Shown here: piece after piece, positions 13,100 through 25,905 of the stretch
Numbering within the stretch: the stretch's first letter is position 1
How the letters are laid out: each line of letters begins with the position of its first letter
Assembly (NCBI RefSeq): GCF_006345805.1
Contig: NC_042997.1
Coordinates: 14,136,001-14,200,000, forward strand
From: Octopus sinensis
Lineage: Eukaryota
Reading direction: 5' to 3'
Length of the DNA stretch: 64,000 bases
Translations under genes and position numbers: made by a program
The notes under the pieces: generated by a model
Told to the model about the DNA's origin: nothing
What the model saw: only the letters and a program-made list of their open reading frames with translations
Databases searched by the model: none

Positions 13100-13215
13100 T
13101 TAATCCAAACATGAAAACACAAAGAGAAAACACAACAACGTGAGGACGAGGAACAGGTATAGTGTTATTGGACGCTCAGGAAAGGTAAGAAGGAGGATTA
13201 ACGTTTCGAGCTGAG
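13100..13215 (-). mobile_element. Short Penelope-terminus-like repeat (GCTCGAAACGTT...CCTGAGCGTCCAATAA)
   Basis: Related to 13560-13680 in the opposite orientation. Confidence 0.45.
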
Positions 13216-13233
13216 CTATATATGGATGTAGCT

Positions 13234-13268
<35 letters not shown>

Positions 13269-13559
13269 AGCTTATATATATATATATATATATATATACA
13301 TGCATACGCACATACATATATAAAGGTCGATAAAATAAGTGCTTGATAGGGTGTGCGCGTAAATGCATGTGTGTATGAGTTTGTGCGTGTGTATGTGTGT
13401 ATGAGTTTGTGCGTGTGTATGTGTTTGTGTGCGGGTATATGTGTGTGTGCGTATGTGTGTATATGTGTGTGTGTGGTTCTGTGTACTTATGTACGTGTGT
13501 AGATATGCATATATCTATATATTTCCGTTCTTTTTTTCCGTTTTCTCAATTTTTTTCCG

Positions 13560-13680
13560 CTCAACCCTTTCTGTCAAAGAGCGTAGGCTCGAAACGTCAA
13601 AGACTTCTCTGTTCTTCCCGAGCGTCAAACTAATACATCTTCTTGTTATTACGTCACCTGTCTTCGTCTTTTGTCTTGTG
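13560..13680 (+). mobile_element. Short Penelope-terminus-like repeat with a decayed hammerhead core
   Basis: CTTT CTGTCAA A GAGC GTAG GCTC GAAAC GTC AAAG at 13567-13602. Confidence 0.5.
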
Positions 13681-14383
13681 TAAATTTGTTGTTGTTGGTG
13701 TTGTTGTTACTGTTTTTAGTAGTTCTAGTAATAGTTTACTGTAATGGTATAATAAATGTTTACATATTCATGTATGTATGTATGTATGTATGTATGTATG
13801 TATGTATGTATGTATGTATTCATGTATTATCAGAGGCCACTCCAGGTCATCAGCGTCACAAGGGCTCCTGAAGGATTTCGTCACTCGAGCTTATCACAGA
13901 TTTGCCATAAGATACGTGCCTGCTCGAAAAATTTCACGTTTTCCGCAATATTTTTAACCTCAAATAGCTTATGTTTTATATTTAGCACTATGTATTTCTC
14001 CATTTCTAAGTCAAAGGTTAAAATAAAGTAACCCTACAAAGCACAACTGATCTAGACGTACAGAATAACAGTAATCAAATAACGACGGCGGAGTGTACAA
14101 CAAACATCAGCGATTTGACTGTCGCCTGTACTCTTGACAAGAGATGCCAGTTAGTCTTTTACACCTACCTGGCTCGTTCGTATTAGCCTGAGTTGCTGGA
14201 TAATTTTTCGTTCTTTTAAGGATATTGTAGAACGGAAACTTTACATAGATTGGAATTTAAATCCTAATCTCTATAGAAATCTCTCGATTCAAGAAAACAT
14301 TGAATTTGAATTACTTTTAAATGTTTACGATTTTACGTAACAACTCGGGCTGTAACTTCTGAGCCCGAGTCAAGCGCGGACAA

Positions 14384-14428
<45 letters not shown>

Positions 14429-14457
14429 TATATATATATATATATATATAGATAGAT

Positions 14458-14489
<32 letters not shown>

Positions 14490-14551
14490 TAGATAGATAG
14501 ATAGATAGATAGATATTAGATAGATAGATAGATAATACATATTTATATATG

Positions 14552-14589
<38 letters not shown>

Positions 14590-14715
14590 TAGAAAAACCA
14601 CCTTTTATCAATTCAAAATGAACAATCAAATTACACCATCTAGAAAATTACATATAATAGAAATATTAAATATAAAATAACAATAATATACTGATGATTA
14701 AGTAATGGGCAAATA

Positions 14716-14763
<48 letters not shown>

Positions 14764-14764
<1 letters not shown>

Positions 14765-15182
14765 GCCAACAGACCAGATATAGTTGTCAGAGATCATGAA
14801 GAAAAAAAATGCTTTCTAATTGATGTATCAATACCGGCAGATGACAACGTGTCTCTAAAAGAAATGGAGAAACTCTCAAAATACAAAGACCTGGAAATAG
14901 AGGTAACTCGAATGTGGAATCTGAAAACAGAAACAATTCCTATCATAGTAGGTGCATTAGGCATGATAAAAAAATATTCAGACAAATACATAACAAAAAC
15001 ACCAGGACTTACAAACACATATAACATACAGAAAATTGCACTACTAGGCACTGCACACATCCTACGCAGAACACTTTCCATACAATAACCATCAGAGCAT
15101 CACAACAAATCACAGCACATACCCAAGGCACACAGAGCTGCGCTCAGTAGTGAAGTGAAAGCACGCTATAAAAATAAAACTA

Positions 15183-15185
<3 letters not shown>
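14764..15185 (+). mobile_element. 5'-truncated RLE-type non-LTR retrotransposon (R4/Dong-like) inside (AAT)n
   Basis: ORF 14762-15088 ANRPDIV...FLIDVSIP...KLSKYKDL...IPIIVGALG is a PD-(D/E)xK-type restriction-like endonuclease C-terminus with no internal stop. (AAT)n lies on both sides (14712-14763, 15186-15252). Confidence 0.85.
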
Positions 15186-15255
<70 letters not shown>

Positions 15256-15289
15256 CGTATATATTCATTTATTATTATTATTAACCGGC

Positions 15290-15452
15290 GTTGGTGTGTT
15301 TATGTTCTCGTGACTTAGCTGTTCGGCTAAATACCAGGCTTAAAAGAAAAATGTAGAGGTCGATTCGTTCGACTAAAATTTCTCAATGCGATGCCCCAGA
15401 ATGGCCGCAGTCTAATGACTGAAACACGTAAAAGATAAAAGATAAAAGATAT
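15290..15452 (+). mobile_element. SINE family A 3' fragment
   Basis: GCGATGCCCCAGAATGGCCGCAGTCTAATGACTGAAAC + (TAAAAGA)n tail. Confidence 0.65.
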
Positions 15453-15511
15453 AACTACGATTAATTAAATGTATAGTTCCAACAACTCTCTCTCCTGTCC
15501 TCTTCTCTCTT

Positions 15512-15551
<40 letters not shown>

Positions 15552-15821
15552 TCTCTCACATTGCCTAATATCAGAATTGGAAGAATCGTTAAGAGTGTCA
15601 GACAACATACTGGTGCCAACTTTGCCTTCCATCCTTCCGAGATCAACAAAACAAAGTAGGCTTAGGCAAGTAGTTTAATCCACTGTCCCACCACCATCCA
15701 TTTTCTTGTTATTTTCTGTCTTTGTTTCGTTCTATTTTGCTTTGTTTGTTTTTTTCTGCGGTTATTGTTGTTGTTGTTGTTTTGTAGTTTTCGTATTTCA
15801 GAATTATTTTTTTAAAAACTC

Positions 15822-16230
15822 TAGGGTATGGTTGTGTGGTAAGAAACTTGGTTCCCAACCACATGGTTTTGGGTTCAGTCCGACTACGTGGCACATTGGG
15901 CAAGTGTCTTCTACTGTAGCCTTGGGTCGACCAAAGCCTTGTGAATGGATTTGGTAAAGGGAAACCGAAAGAACCCCCCCCCCGTAAAAATGTGTGTGCG
16001 CGCACGCGTTTGTGTGTGTGTCTTTGTGTCTGTGTTTGTCCCCCACCACCGCTTGACTTCTGGTGCTGGCGATTTTGCCTCTCCTTAGCTTTGCAGTTTT
16101 GGCAAAAGAGACCGATACCATAAGTGCCAAGCTTAAAAGATAATTACTGGGGGTCGATTCAATATGACTAAAAACTCCCCCAAGATGCTGCTCCAGCATG
16201 GCTTCAGTCTAATGACTGAAAAAAATAAAA
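15822..16230 (+). mobile_element. SINE family A copy
   Basis: Head, core and tail all recognisable. Confidence 0.8.
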
Positions 16231-16242
16231 GAAAATAGATAG

Positions 16243-16645
16243 AAGGTGGCTGTTTGGTAAGTAGCTTGCTAACCAACCACATGGTTCCGGGTTCAGTCCC
16301 ACTGCGTGGCATCTTGGGTAACTGTCTTCTGCTATAGCTCCGGGCCGACCAATGCTTTGTGAGTGGATTTGGTAGACGGAAACTGAAAGAAGCCTGTCGT
16401 ATATATGTATATATATATAAGTGTGTGTGAATATGTTTGTGTGTCTGTGTTTGTTCCCCTAGCATTGCTTGACAACCGATGCTGGTGTGTTTACGTCCCC
16501 GTCACTTAGCAGTTTGGCAAAAGAGACCGATAGAATAAGTACTGGGCTTACAAAGAATAAGTCCTGGAGTCGATTTGCTCGACTAAATGCGGTGCTCCAG
16601 ATGGCCGCAGTCAAATGACTGAAAGAAGTAAGAGACTAAAAGACT
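16243..16645 (+). mobile_element. SINE family A copy, tandem to the previous one
   Basis: Head, core and tail all recognisable. Confidence 0.85.
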
Positions 16646-17096
16646 AACCATCTTATCTATAAGGGAATAGTTATTTTGCTACGTATATAACAGCTTAGTT
16701 TGGAGTAACGAACTGCATTCAAAGGTTTCATAAGTCATCCTTGAGTGGTAACGTCGATGAGGTTATTGTTCTTCTTGAATACTAACAAGCTGGTGGCTGC
16801 AGAATAAAATATGGATAAGATGGGAACTCCGAAGTGAAAATAGCCTGGTGAAGGACGATTAGAAGTGGGTAATGTGGAGACTTGGGCATTAATACAATAC
16901 AAGGGACGGGATGATAATAGACGAGTAAATAGGATGAACCTGAGAGAGAGTGACATAAGATCAGTCAGCCTGTGAGGAACAGAAGTCATAGTAGAGAGAG
17001 AGAGAGAGAGAGAAAGAGAGTGAGAGAGAGAGAGAGAGAGTGAAGAGGTTGGTAGCGATATGAAGTAACTTTGAGCCACATTGTATGATAGTAAAG

Positions 17097-17395
17097 ATGC
17101 GTGGCTTAGTGGTTAGGGCATTCGGCTCGCGGTCGTAAAGTCGTGAGTGCGATTCACAGCGGTGCATTATTTTCTTGAGCAAAACATTTTATTTCATGTT
17201 GTTCCAGTCCACTCAGCTGACAAAAAAAATGAGTAATATCTGTATTTCAAAGGGCCAGCCTTGTCATATTATGTGTCAAGCTGAATCTCCAGTGTCTGTG
17301 GAGTGCTCAGCCACTTACACGTTAATTTCACGAGCAGGCTGTTCCGTTGATCGGATCAACTGAAACCCCCATTGTCGTAAACGACGAAGTGCCAG
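17097..17395 (+). mobile_element. SINE family B2
   Basis: A-box-like GTGGCTTAGTGG tRNA-like head, CAGTCCACTCAGCTG middle, and family B tail CTGTATTTCAAAGGGCCAGCC...GTTCCGTTGATCGGATCAAC. Confidence 0.8.
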
Positions 17396-18639
17396 TTTTT
17401 TTTTTTTTTTTTTTATTGTACGATAACAATGAACGGAATACTGCCTGATCGGTAGTTCTGATCGTTTCAAAAGATTGAGTTTACTTGGCGAAGTAAACTC
17501 AATCTCTTCTGAGTGGACACGTGTTGTTGAGCTTAAGAAAATGGGGACGGAATCATTTGGACGGAGATTTATCTGAAATGGCCTTTGGAGTATCTGTGTG
17601 TTGGTTACAGATATGTTTAAGGGGTTGAATCTGATTATTCTGTTTAGTTAAAGAATCGCAAAAGATTCGGTTTGTATGACAGCTCTCCCTGTGTAATGTG
17701 AGCAAGAGCCAGAAAGAACTGCGATCAATATTTGAGACAAGAGAATTATCCAACAGATTAAGGGTTTTTAGATGAGATGTTTAAGAATGTTTAGAAGGTA
17801 TCGATTCTCCCGGAGTTATGACAATGCTAGGATCCTACAGATACGTGAATGTCTGAACAGTCCTATTACTGTTATGTGATCCTACTGTAACCGTGGATTT
17901 TTATGCCAATATTGGCCGAATAAGTCACCTCAGAATCCATAAAGACTAAAGCTGCTAATTAGGACATTTTCAAAGACGAGATGGACAAACAGTCAAAATA
18001 ACAGAGCCAGAGCAACCCCGATTGAGAAGGTTTATATTCAACGTTTTCCAGTTGTTTCCATTCCTTCATGAAAAGAGATAAATTTATTTAGAGCGACCCT
18101 ATCCAATGTGCCCGATCTTTTTTTTTTTAATTTAGTAAGGTAAAATTTAAGGAAATTTTGGGTGCTATTTCTTGCATGTTAAATGAGCAGGTAGAGACTG
18201 CTTACCACGTTAGCTCGTTAGAATGGTACTGGTAATATTTGTGCTAATGTTTTGCGGATGGGGAGCGCAGAGGAGGAAGTTTCCTGGGCTGGGGTGAAAA
18301 TAATATTATTGAGTATTATATGTTAATAGAGGTAACATAAATGGTTACCACTACTGCAGTGTGTGGTTCAGGGGCTCGTTTCGCAAGAAAGTCCTTCCGA
18401 CCTCGAGATCATTGCATAGCACAAGTCTGTTCTACTATAAATTCCAGTATAATCTCGAGTTGAGGTTGACCTGTGTCTTGCGACGTACAAGGCACTGGTG
18501 AACTGTACAAAAATCCCATTGAATTTATGCTCCTAGCATCTGATGAGAAGGACATATTCATACGCATCCACGAAACTTTAAGTCATGCGGAGCTGAGTCA
18601 AACAGTTTGTGATGTGTGTATGAGCGTGCGAGTGCGTGT

Positions 18640-18784
18640 GTGTGTCGGTATGTATATATATACATACATATACATTTATAAATACATACATATACATATA
18701 CATACATTCACGCACATATATACACACACATATATGTATTTATGTATGGGTTTGTGTATGTGTACACGTGGTTGTATATATATG

Positions 18785-18870
<86 letters not shown>
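18640..18870. repeat. (TA)/(CA)/(GT) microsatellite
   Basis: Directly visible. Confidence 0.9.
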
Positions 18871-18872
<2 letters not shown>

Positions 18873-19334
18873 CGCTTGTTCGCGAGTGTTGAAATAAACT
18901 AAAACAACGACAGCAACAAAAAACAAGACAACAAACTTAAGATAAGCATTGTTTACCGAAAGTAAACGCAATCACTACAATCTGCTAATTATTTTTGACA
19001 CCATTAGTCTGAGTGAAATGGCGATAAAGCAGGCGTGATAACTTTGGCACTGCATTACGGCTCACGTTTTAATCTTTTCCTTTCAATATTGACGACAATT
19101 GTTCTAAATGATAACTTGTTTTAGGTGTAAACGAAGTAGTCGTTTTTCTCGTTCTACCATTTCGCCTTTACCTGTCCGTGTTAAGTTTCACACATTGAAA
19201 ATAGTTGTTCTTATGGATCTAACAGACGTTCTATTTCATTGAAGAAGTTGGAAAGTTCAGAAAGGTGTTTTTGGTTTTTTCTTTCTTATTGTTTTTTTTT
19301 CTTTCTTTCTCAAAAGATAAATGACATCTCGCTA

Positions 19335-19338
19335 TGTA

Positions 19339-19381
<43 letters not shown>

Positions 19382-19419
19382 ACACACATATACATACATA
19401 TATATATACATACATACAT

Positions 19420-19458
<39 letters not shown>

Positions 19459-19528
19459 TATACAAGTATATATATGTGTGTGTATATATATAAGTATCCA
19501 AGTATATGTGTGTGTGTGTGTGTATATG

Positions 19529-19570
<42 letters not shown>

Positions 19571-19642
19571 TATGTACATTATATATACATGCATATATAT
19601 ATAGCTGTATACATATATATATGTGTGTGTGTGCGTATGTGG

Positions 19643-19703
<61 letters not shown>

Positions 19704-19710
19704 CTCACAT
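19335..19710. repeat. (CA)/(TA)/(GT) microsatellite
   Basis: Directly visible. Confidence 0.9.
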
Positions 19711-20077
19711 ATAAAACGAAGTTCAATATAAAGCTTGTTTACACACCCTTTATACACCGAGGTACCTTAACAAAAACTTTGGCTAAGGCAACCTCTACCA
19801 AATGACATCATAGATTCCAATTACAGTCGACTAAAGCAGCAACAGCGGAACCTCTAAGCGGTTACTGGAGCTGCCAAAAATGTAGCTTAATCACCCTCAA
19901 AACACATCCTTTCTGTCCTATACATGGACAGAATACTTTAAATTATGTAAAACTACATATCGTAAAATGAAAGTTTATAGTCACCGTTGGAATTCTTTTT
20001 CCATCATAAATTTGCTCGATTAAGTAGATCTATGTTCAACAACAACAGCAACAAACTGAATTATTATTGTACAAATG

Positions 20078-21342
20078 TTGGGTCATCCCATAAATAATGT
20101 TTTTTTTTTTACTTTTATCTTTCAAAATTAAGATACACAAGGTTCTTTTTTAATCTAAGATATACTTTCCTTCATTTCCTAGAATGCTCTTCCATCTATC
20201 TGGTAGACTTGCAAGTCCCCTCTTCCAAACTTCACTTGACCGTGACGAAAAATATTCCTCCAGCACTCTTCCGACCTCGTCTACAGAATTTATATTTTTT
20301 CCGTCCAAATGATTTTGAAGACTACAGAATAAATGATAATCAGATGGGGCAATGGGCGACGAATATGGTGGGTAGAGCATCGTTTCCCTTTCTAATTGCT
20401 CCAGCCTTTGGAATATCATCCTCGTTGTATGTGGCTGAGCATTATCCTGATGGAAAAACACATTTCGTCTTGGAACCAAAGATGGTCGTTTTTCTTCTAG
20501 CGCTGACTTAAGCCGCTCAAGCTGCTCGCAGTAGATATTTGTTATAGTTTGGTTTGGGTTTAAAAGTTCAAATCGGTCTAAACCTTCCCTATCCCACCAA
20601 ACAGATAAGAACACCTTACGTGGGTGAAGACCTTCTTTAGCCTGGGGTGCTGGTGTTTCTCCTTTCCCTATCCACTGTCTTTGGTGCTTGACATTTCTAT
20701 AGAGAACCTATTTCTCGTCGCCAGTTATTACTCGGTCCAAAAAAGGTTCATTTGTGAGATGTGACAGCAAAGAAGAGCACACTCTGCGCGCGATTAGACT
20801 TGGAAAGTTTGTAAGGGATCCACTGAACCAATTTGCTGACTATTCCGATGGTATGCAGGTGTCGATGAATGGTTGAATGACCAAATCCAAGCTTCTCTGC
20901 TAGTTCCTCAACAGTTACGATGAAATTTTGTTCCACCAAGGTTTGCAGGACGTCATCATCGAGCTCTACAGAACTTCCAGGACAAGGCTCGTCTTCTAGG
21001 CTGTAGTTTCCGGCTCGGAATTTCTGGAAAAACCGTTGACACTGGATTACGCTTATTGCCCAATCTCCATATACTGCATTAATATTCCTCGCACCTTCCG
21101 TTGCGTTGTTGCCTTTATTGAACTCATAAAGCAAAATATACCGAATATGTCACTTCCATTATAGCTTTCAAAGAATAACTGTTAAAATCGAACTGCACTC
21201 TTCAAAACTTTCACTAAAAATAAATACAAGGTAAAATTACTACCTACTTTTATAGCAAGTTGATGCAAGTAATATATTTTGTCCCCCTCCGACTTTTAAT
21301 TCATGCAATTGAAAAAATCGCATTATTTATGGGATGACCCAA
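20078..21342 (-). mobile_element. Full-length mariner (DD34D-type) transposon, decayed transposase
   Basis: TIRs TTGGGTCATCCCATAAATAATG / CATTATTTATGGGATGACCCAA, TA at 21343-44. ORFs 20748-21134 (HTH, WIPYKL ~ WVPHEL) and 20150-20614 (HQDNA, YSSPIAPSDY). Confidence 0.95.
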
Positions 21343-21564
21343 TACTTGCCGATTTTTGTATAAGACCAGGTCGTCCAGTATCGATAACATCCATAATCAA
21401 GGACGTTCTGGCTTGACCATCCTATCTTTTTTGTATATCCATGACTACATCATTCAAAGTGTCTTTCCTTTGTTTAAACAGTAGGGTGTGATTTCAGGGA
21501 GATTTACTTGTTTTTAGCAAGTCAATCTCTGGGATATAGAGTCGGTTCGATTACTGTGAAGTGA

Positions 21565-21815
21565 TTGTGTTGAGTCAAAAGTTTTGGAATGTTTTGGTAA
21601 CTTGTTTACTTTTTTCGTCTGGTTACAACAAAAGCAACTTAGCATTCAAAGTAAAGGCCATCGTGTTGCACCGTCTGAAGCCACCTTTTTGCCAGTCCGT
21701 CGATCCCAAGCTAATATCAGTTCTTTTCTTTCGGGGCAAAGAACTTCACTGAAGCTTCCATCTCCTCTTGACCGAGGAAGTGTCATGAATGCAGGAGGTG
21801 AACATAATAATCCGA
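21565..21815 (-). mobile_element. mariner 3' end, second family
   Basis: Minus translation SPSDY...QEEME...FFAPK...KRWLQTVQHDGLYFE, then a TIR ending GACTCAACACAA. Confidence 0.75.
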
Positions 21816-21919
21816 AGGAGATATTTTTCCGCAATTCTAACATGCATAAGCAGAGGTTTAGCAAAGGCCAGCTTCCGGAACCTATCGCCAAATATGGGCG
21901 TTTCGAACACAATGTAATG

Positions 21920-22726
21920 CTCGGCCGAGTGGAATTATGAGTGGATGATTCACTGCCAGTTCGTTCCAGACGATCGAATCACTGATGCCAACCTGTAAGC
22001 CGAACGGCTGGAGAGGATGTATGCTATTGTGCAGCAAAAATACCCGGTATTAGTTAACAGAATACGAGCTCTTCTGCTGCAAAACAACGCAAAACCTCAT
22101 ACTGTTTGAACGACTCGGAATAAACTCCAGAAACTTGAGGGAATCGCGCTGATGCCACACCTAGCATACAGTCCGGATCTGATTCCCTGAGATTCTTACT
22201 GGCTTCCATCGATGGCTCATCTCTTGCACACGCGACGCTTTATCAATCAAGAGGAAATGGAAACTTCACTGATGGAGTTCTTCGCCTCGAAGGCCAAGGA
22301 TACAAACACGCTTCTTATATACAATATGAAAGACAGATGTATTTACATATATTTTACGGATGGGAGTTAAAAATATATATGATGATTGGATGGAATTTGG
22401 GTCCAGGTTAGTGAATTAACCCGCCGGTTGGTTATCCCTTTTGGTAATCTTTTTCCTTTCTTTTATGCTCCGACCGACCGTGCAAGCACAGCCTCATGCA
22501 TTCTCATCTTTCTTACCACTGTCATCCATCTTTTTCCAAACACTCTTTGCAACAGGCTCCTCCTCTCCAGACGGATCCAGCGTGGGATCAAGAAACTGAC
22601 AAAAAGGTGGCTTCAGACGGTGCAATACGATGGCCTCTACTTTAAATGCTAGGTTGCTTTTGTTGCAACTTGACGAATAAAGCAAATGGGTTACCAAAAT
22701 ACTACAAAATTTCTGACTCAACACAA
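21920..22726 (+). mobile_element. mariner catalytic region + 3' end (same second family), interrupted at ~22295-22565
   Basis: Plus translation LLQNNAKPH...AYSPDL...QEEMETSLMEFFASK, then KRWLQTVQYDGLYFK. TIR ends GACTCAACACAA|TA. Confidence 0.8.
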
Positions 22727-23319
22727 TATAATGTAAAGCGTTATTAAGTAAAAGTTAATCCCTTAATTAAATTCACGAATCATTTTCCATTCTTGGTTGA
22801 AGACATATGAACGCCTATTCGTCATAAAGGAGAAACTACTCTGCTGTAATGAACACAACAGCGATTGACATATTCACGTTCGAGTCTGCCAGAATGTATT
22901 CAGAATAAATATACAATTCATCGTTTACATTTTTATTGTTCACCGTGCATATGACGATCTATTATCAGTTGAAACATCTGCACGGCACAGCAAACAGTTT
23001 ATTCGCTGAAACTATAAACAGGACTCTCGGATCTTGTTAGATTCATTGATCTGGATGCTTCTGACAAACAAGACACAGCATGTCGAATCACCGGTATCCT
23101 AGAATCTGTTGTACTAAAGAATCAAATATGTTACAAACTCATATTCATTATAAAGGTGAAGCTGTTCACTTATTAAGAGCACAACCATTATTAGCACTTT
23201 CACGTTCAAATCTGCCGAAATATATTCAGAATAATTAAGCAATTCATCGTATCGAATCTCGGTGTTCACCGAACACATGACAATTTATTACAATTCCATT
23301 TGCTTGTACCATTAATAGC

Positions 23320-23892
23320 CCTTTTCCCTAAAATCACAAGGCCTGAAATTTTGAAGGAGAGGACCAGTCGTTCACATCGACCTCAGTGTTTCACTGGTAT
23401 TTATTTTATCGACCCCGAAAGGATGAAAGGCAAAGTCAACCTCAGCGGAATTTGAACTCAGAACGTAGTGGCAGACGAAATACCTATTTCTTTATAACCC
23501 ACAAGGGGCTAAACATAGAGGGGACAAACAAGGACAGACAAACGGATAAAGTCGATTACATCGACCCCACTGCGTAACTGGTACTTAATTTATCGAACCC
23601 GAAAGGATAAAAGGCAAAGTCGACCTCGGCGGAATTTGAACGTAGCGGCAGACGAAATACCTATTTTCTTTACTACCCACAAGGGGCTAAACACAGAGAG
23701 GACAAACAAGGACAGATAAACGGATTGAGTCGATTATATCGACCCCAATGCGTAACTGGTACTTATTTAATCGACCCCGAAAGGATGACAGGTAAGGTCG
23801 ACCTCGGCGGAATTTGAACTCAGAACGTAGCGGCAGACGAAATACCGCTAAGCATTTCGCCCGGCGTGCTAACGATTCTGCCAGCTCGCTGC
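23320..23892 (-). mobile_element. SINE family C trimer (one head + three tandem ~180 bp bodies)
   Basis: Junction motif GAAATACCTATTT at ~23477 and ~23654. Single A-box head at 23845-23892. Confidence 0.85.
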
Positions 23893-24159
23893 TTTACTTG
23901 CACCATTAATAATGTCACATGCTCTTTATCTTTTCTCTTTCAAAGATGACGCTATTAAAGATTCTGGAATTACATAAATGTTAAGGTACCAAGCTAAATT
24001 TGTGCTCTAAATTCAAGTCGCACCCAACCCTATTTTGCTTTTCCTCATACCAGGTCGACGAAGTAAGTACTTGTCGAGAAATCGTCTCGCTTTAATCCAC
24101 TATGTATGTATGTATGTATGTATGTATGTATGTATGTATGTATGTATGTATATATGTAT

Positions 24160-24265
24160 GTCATTATTCAGTTTTATTTCAAGATTTCTTGCCAATAGAA
24201 AAAGAACCGGTTTGTAGCCTAGATTCACGCCTCCTTCCTTGGAATTTCAACAAAGTCAACAGGGT
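24160..24265 (+). mobile_element. ~105 bp interspersed repeat embedded in (TATG)n
   Basis: CATTATTCAGTTTTATTTCAAGATTTCTTGCCAAT recurs at ~28829-28885. (TATG)n on both sides. Confidence 0.5.
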
Positions 24266-24659
24266 ATGTATGTATGTATGTATGTATGTATGTATGTATG
24301 TATGTATGTATGTATGTATGTATGTATGTGTATGCATGTTTTTCTGATGACCAATGTTAGAAATATTCATTATAACAATTCTGTGTACAGTAAATGCTGA
24401 AAGACTAAATACGGATGGGTCAAACCTACAAATCTATCTTCCCGATTTCCACACCTCGTTAAGATCAATTAATTTCATTTCTGCAATAAATGCTCTGAGC
24501 GAAAAATCAACATTACAATTTCACATTTCCTTTCTAATGCTTTAGAGCTTTAGTCCAAGTAATATTGTACTATTACAACTATCATCAATGCTACACGGCA
24601 TTATATTAGAAATATATTGCTAATACATATATAACAGAATTCACCAACTCTGTACATTA

Positions 24660-24860
24660 TATAAGCAACATAGCATTCAAAGTAAAGACCATCGTGTTGC
24701 ACCGTCTGAATCCACCTTTCTGCCAGTCCTTCGATCCCGCGCTAATATCAGTTCTTTTCTTTCGGGGCAAACAACTTCACTGAAGCTTCACTGAAGTTTC
24801 CATCTCCCCTTGACTGAAGCTTCCATCTCCTCTTGACTGAGGAAGTGTCATGAATGCATT
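24660..24860 (-). mobile_element. Third fragment of the second mariner family, with short internal duplications
   Basis: High identity to 21630-21790. Confidence 0.75.
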
Positions 24861-25492
24861 ATATAATGACATCTTCCACAGGTACTATAATATCAACAAA
24901 TATTGTCATCCAAGTTGTTATTAAACCACTTCTGAATCAGCCAAACAGAAATAGAGACCAAATACCCACTACATCACACTGACAAAATTGAAAGGATACA
25001 TTTGATTAAGCAATTCTAGATTCATTATTTTCCAGATAACAGGTGATTTTGTTGTTGTTGTTGTTGGTTTTATTACTGCCGCCGCCGCTACAGCTGCTTC
25101 TTTTGTTTTTGCTGTTGATATTGTTGCATTTGGCAAGTCCTTGTCAAGGAAGTCTATGATTAATGGCATTCAAGCCTTTTCATATGCTTGCATGACTAAA
25201 TTATCTAATGTGGCCTTTCATATTTTAAGAACGATATGCTGTGATTTGTAGCCGCTATTTTTACTAGATGAACGATAGCTTAGAGTTTTGCTACTTGACT
25301 TAGGCTCCCCCGTTAAGCATGGTTATAAAATTTCAACATCCAATATCCGAAGGGGCTCTTCATAATAAAAATGTGGGATATGAAAGTGTCCGTACGAGAC
25401 AGATAATTCTTGGTTGAAAACTGTAAGGGATCAATGAGTTCCAAAAATTGTTTGCGTTTTAGGTATGAAAACAAATATTTGATCGTGATAGG

Positions 25493-25905
25493 CGCAGGAG
25501 TGGCTGTGTGGTAAGTAGCTTGCTAACCAACCACATGGTTCCGGGTTCAGTCCCACTGCGTGGCATCTTGGGCAAGTGTCTTCTGCTATAGCCCCGGGTC
25601 GACCAATGCCTTGTGAGTGGATTTGGTAGACGGAAACTGAAAAGAAGCCTGTCGCATATATGTATGTATATATATATATATGTGTATGTGTGTGTGTTTG
25701 TGTGTCTGTCTTTATTCCCCTAGCATTGCTTGACAACCGATGCTGGTGTGTTCCCGTCACTTAGCGGTTCGGCAAAAAGAGACCGATAGAATAAGTACTG
25801 GGCTTACAAAAAGAATAAGTCCCGGGGTCGAGTTGCTCGACTAAAGGCGGTGCTCCAGCATGGCCGCAGTCAAATGACTGAAACAAGTAAAAGGGTAAAA
25901 GAGTG
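25493..25905 (+). mobile_element. SINE family A, well-preserved copy
   Basis: GGCGCAGGAGTGGCTGTGTGG head; B-box-like GGGTTCAGTCCC; tail GGCGGTGCTCCAGCATGGCCGCAGTCAAATGACTG. Confidence 0.9.

Noticed and set aside
17480-17960. Possible decayed PLE ORF with an ACACGTGTC stem-III-like palindrome
   Set aside because: No diagnostic protein motif and no intact core could be read.
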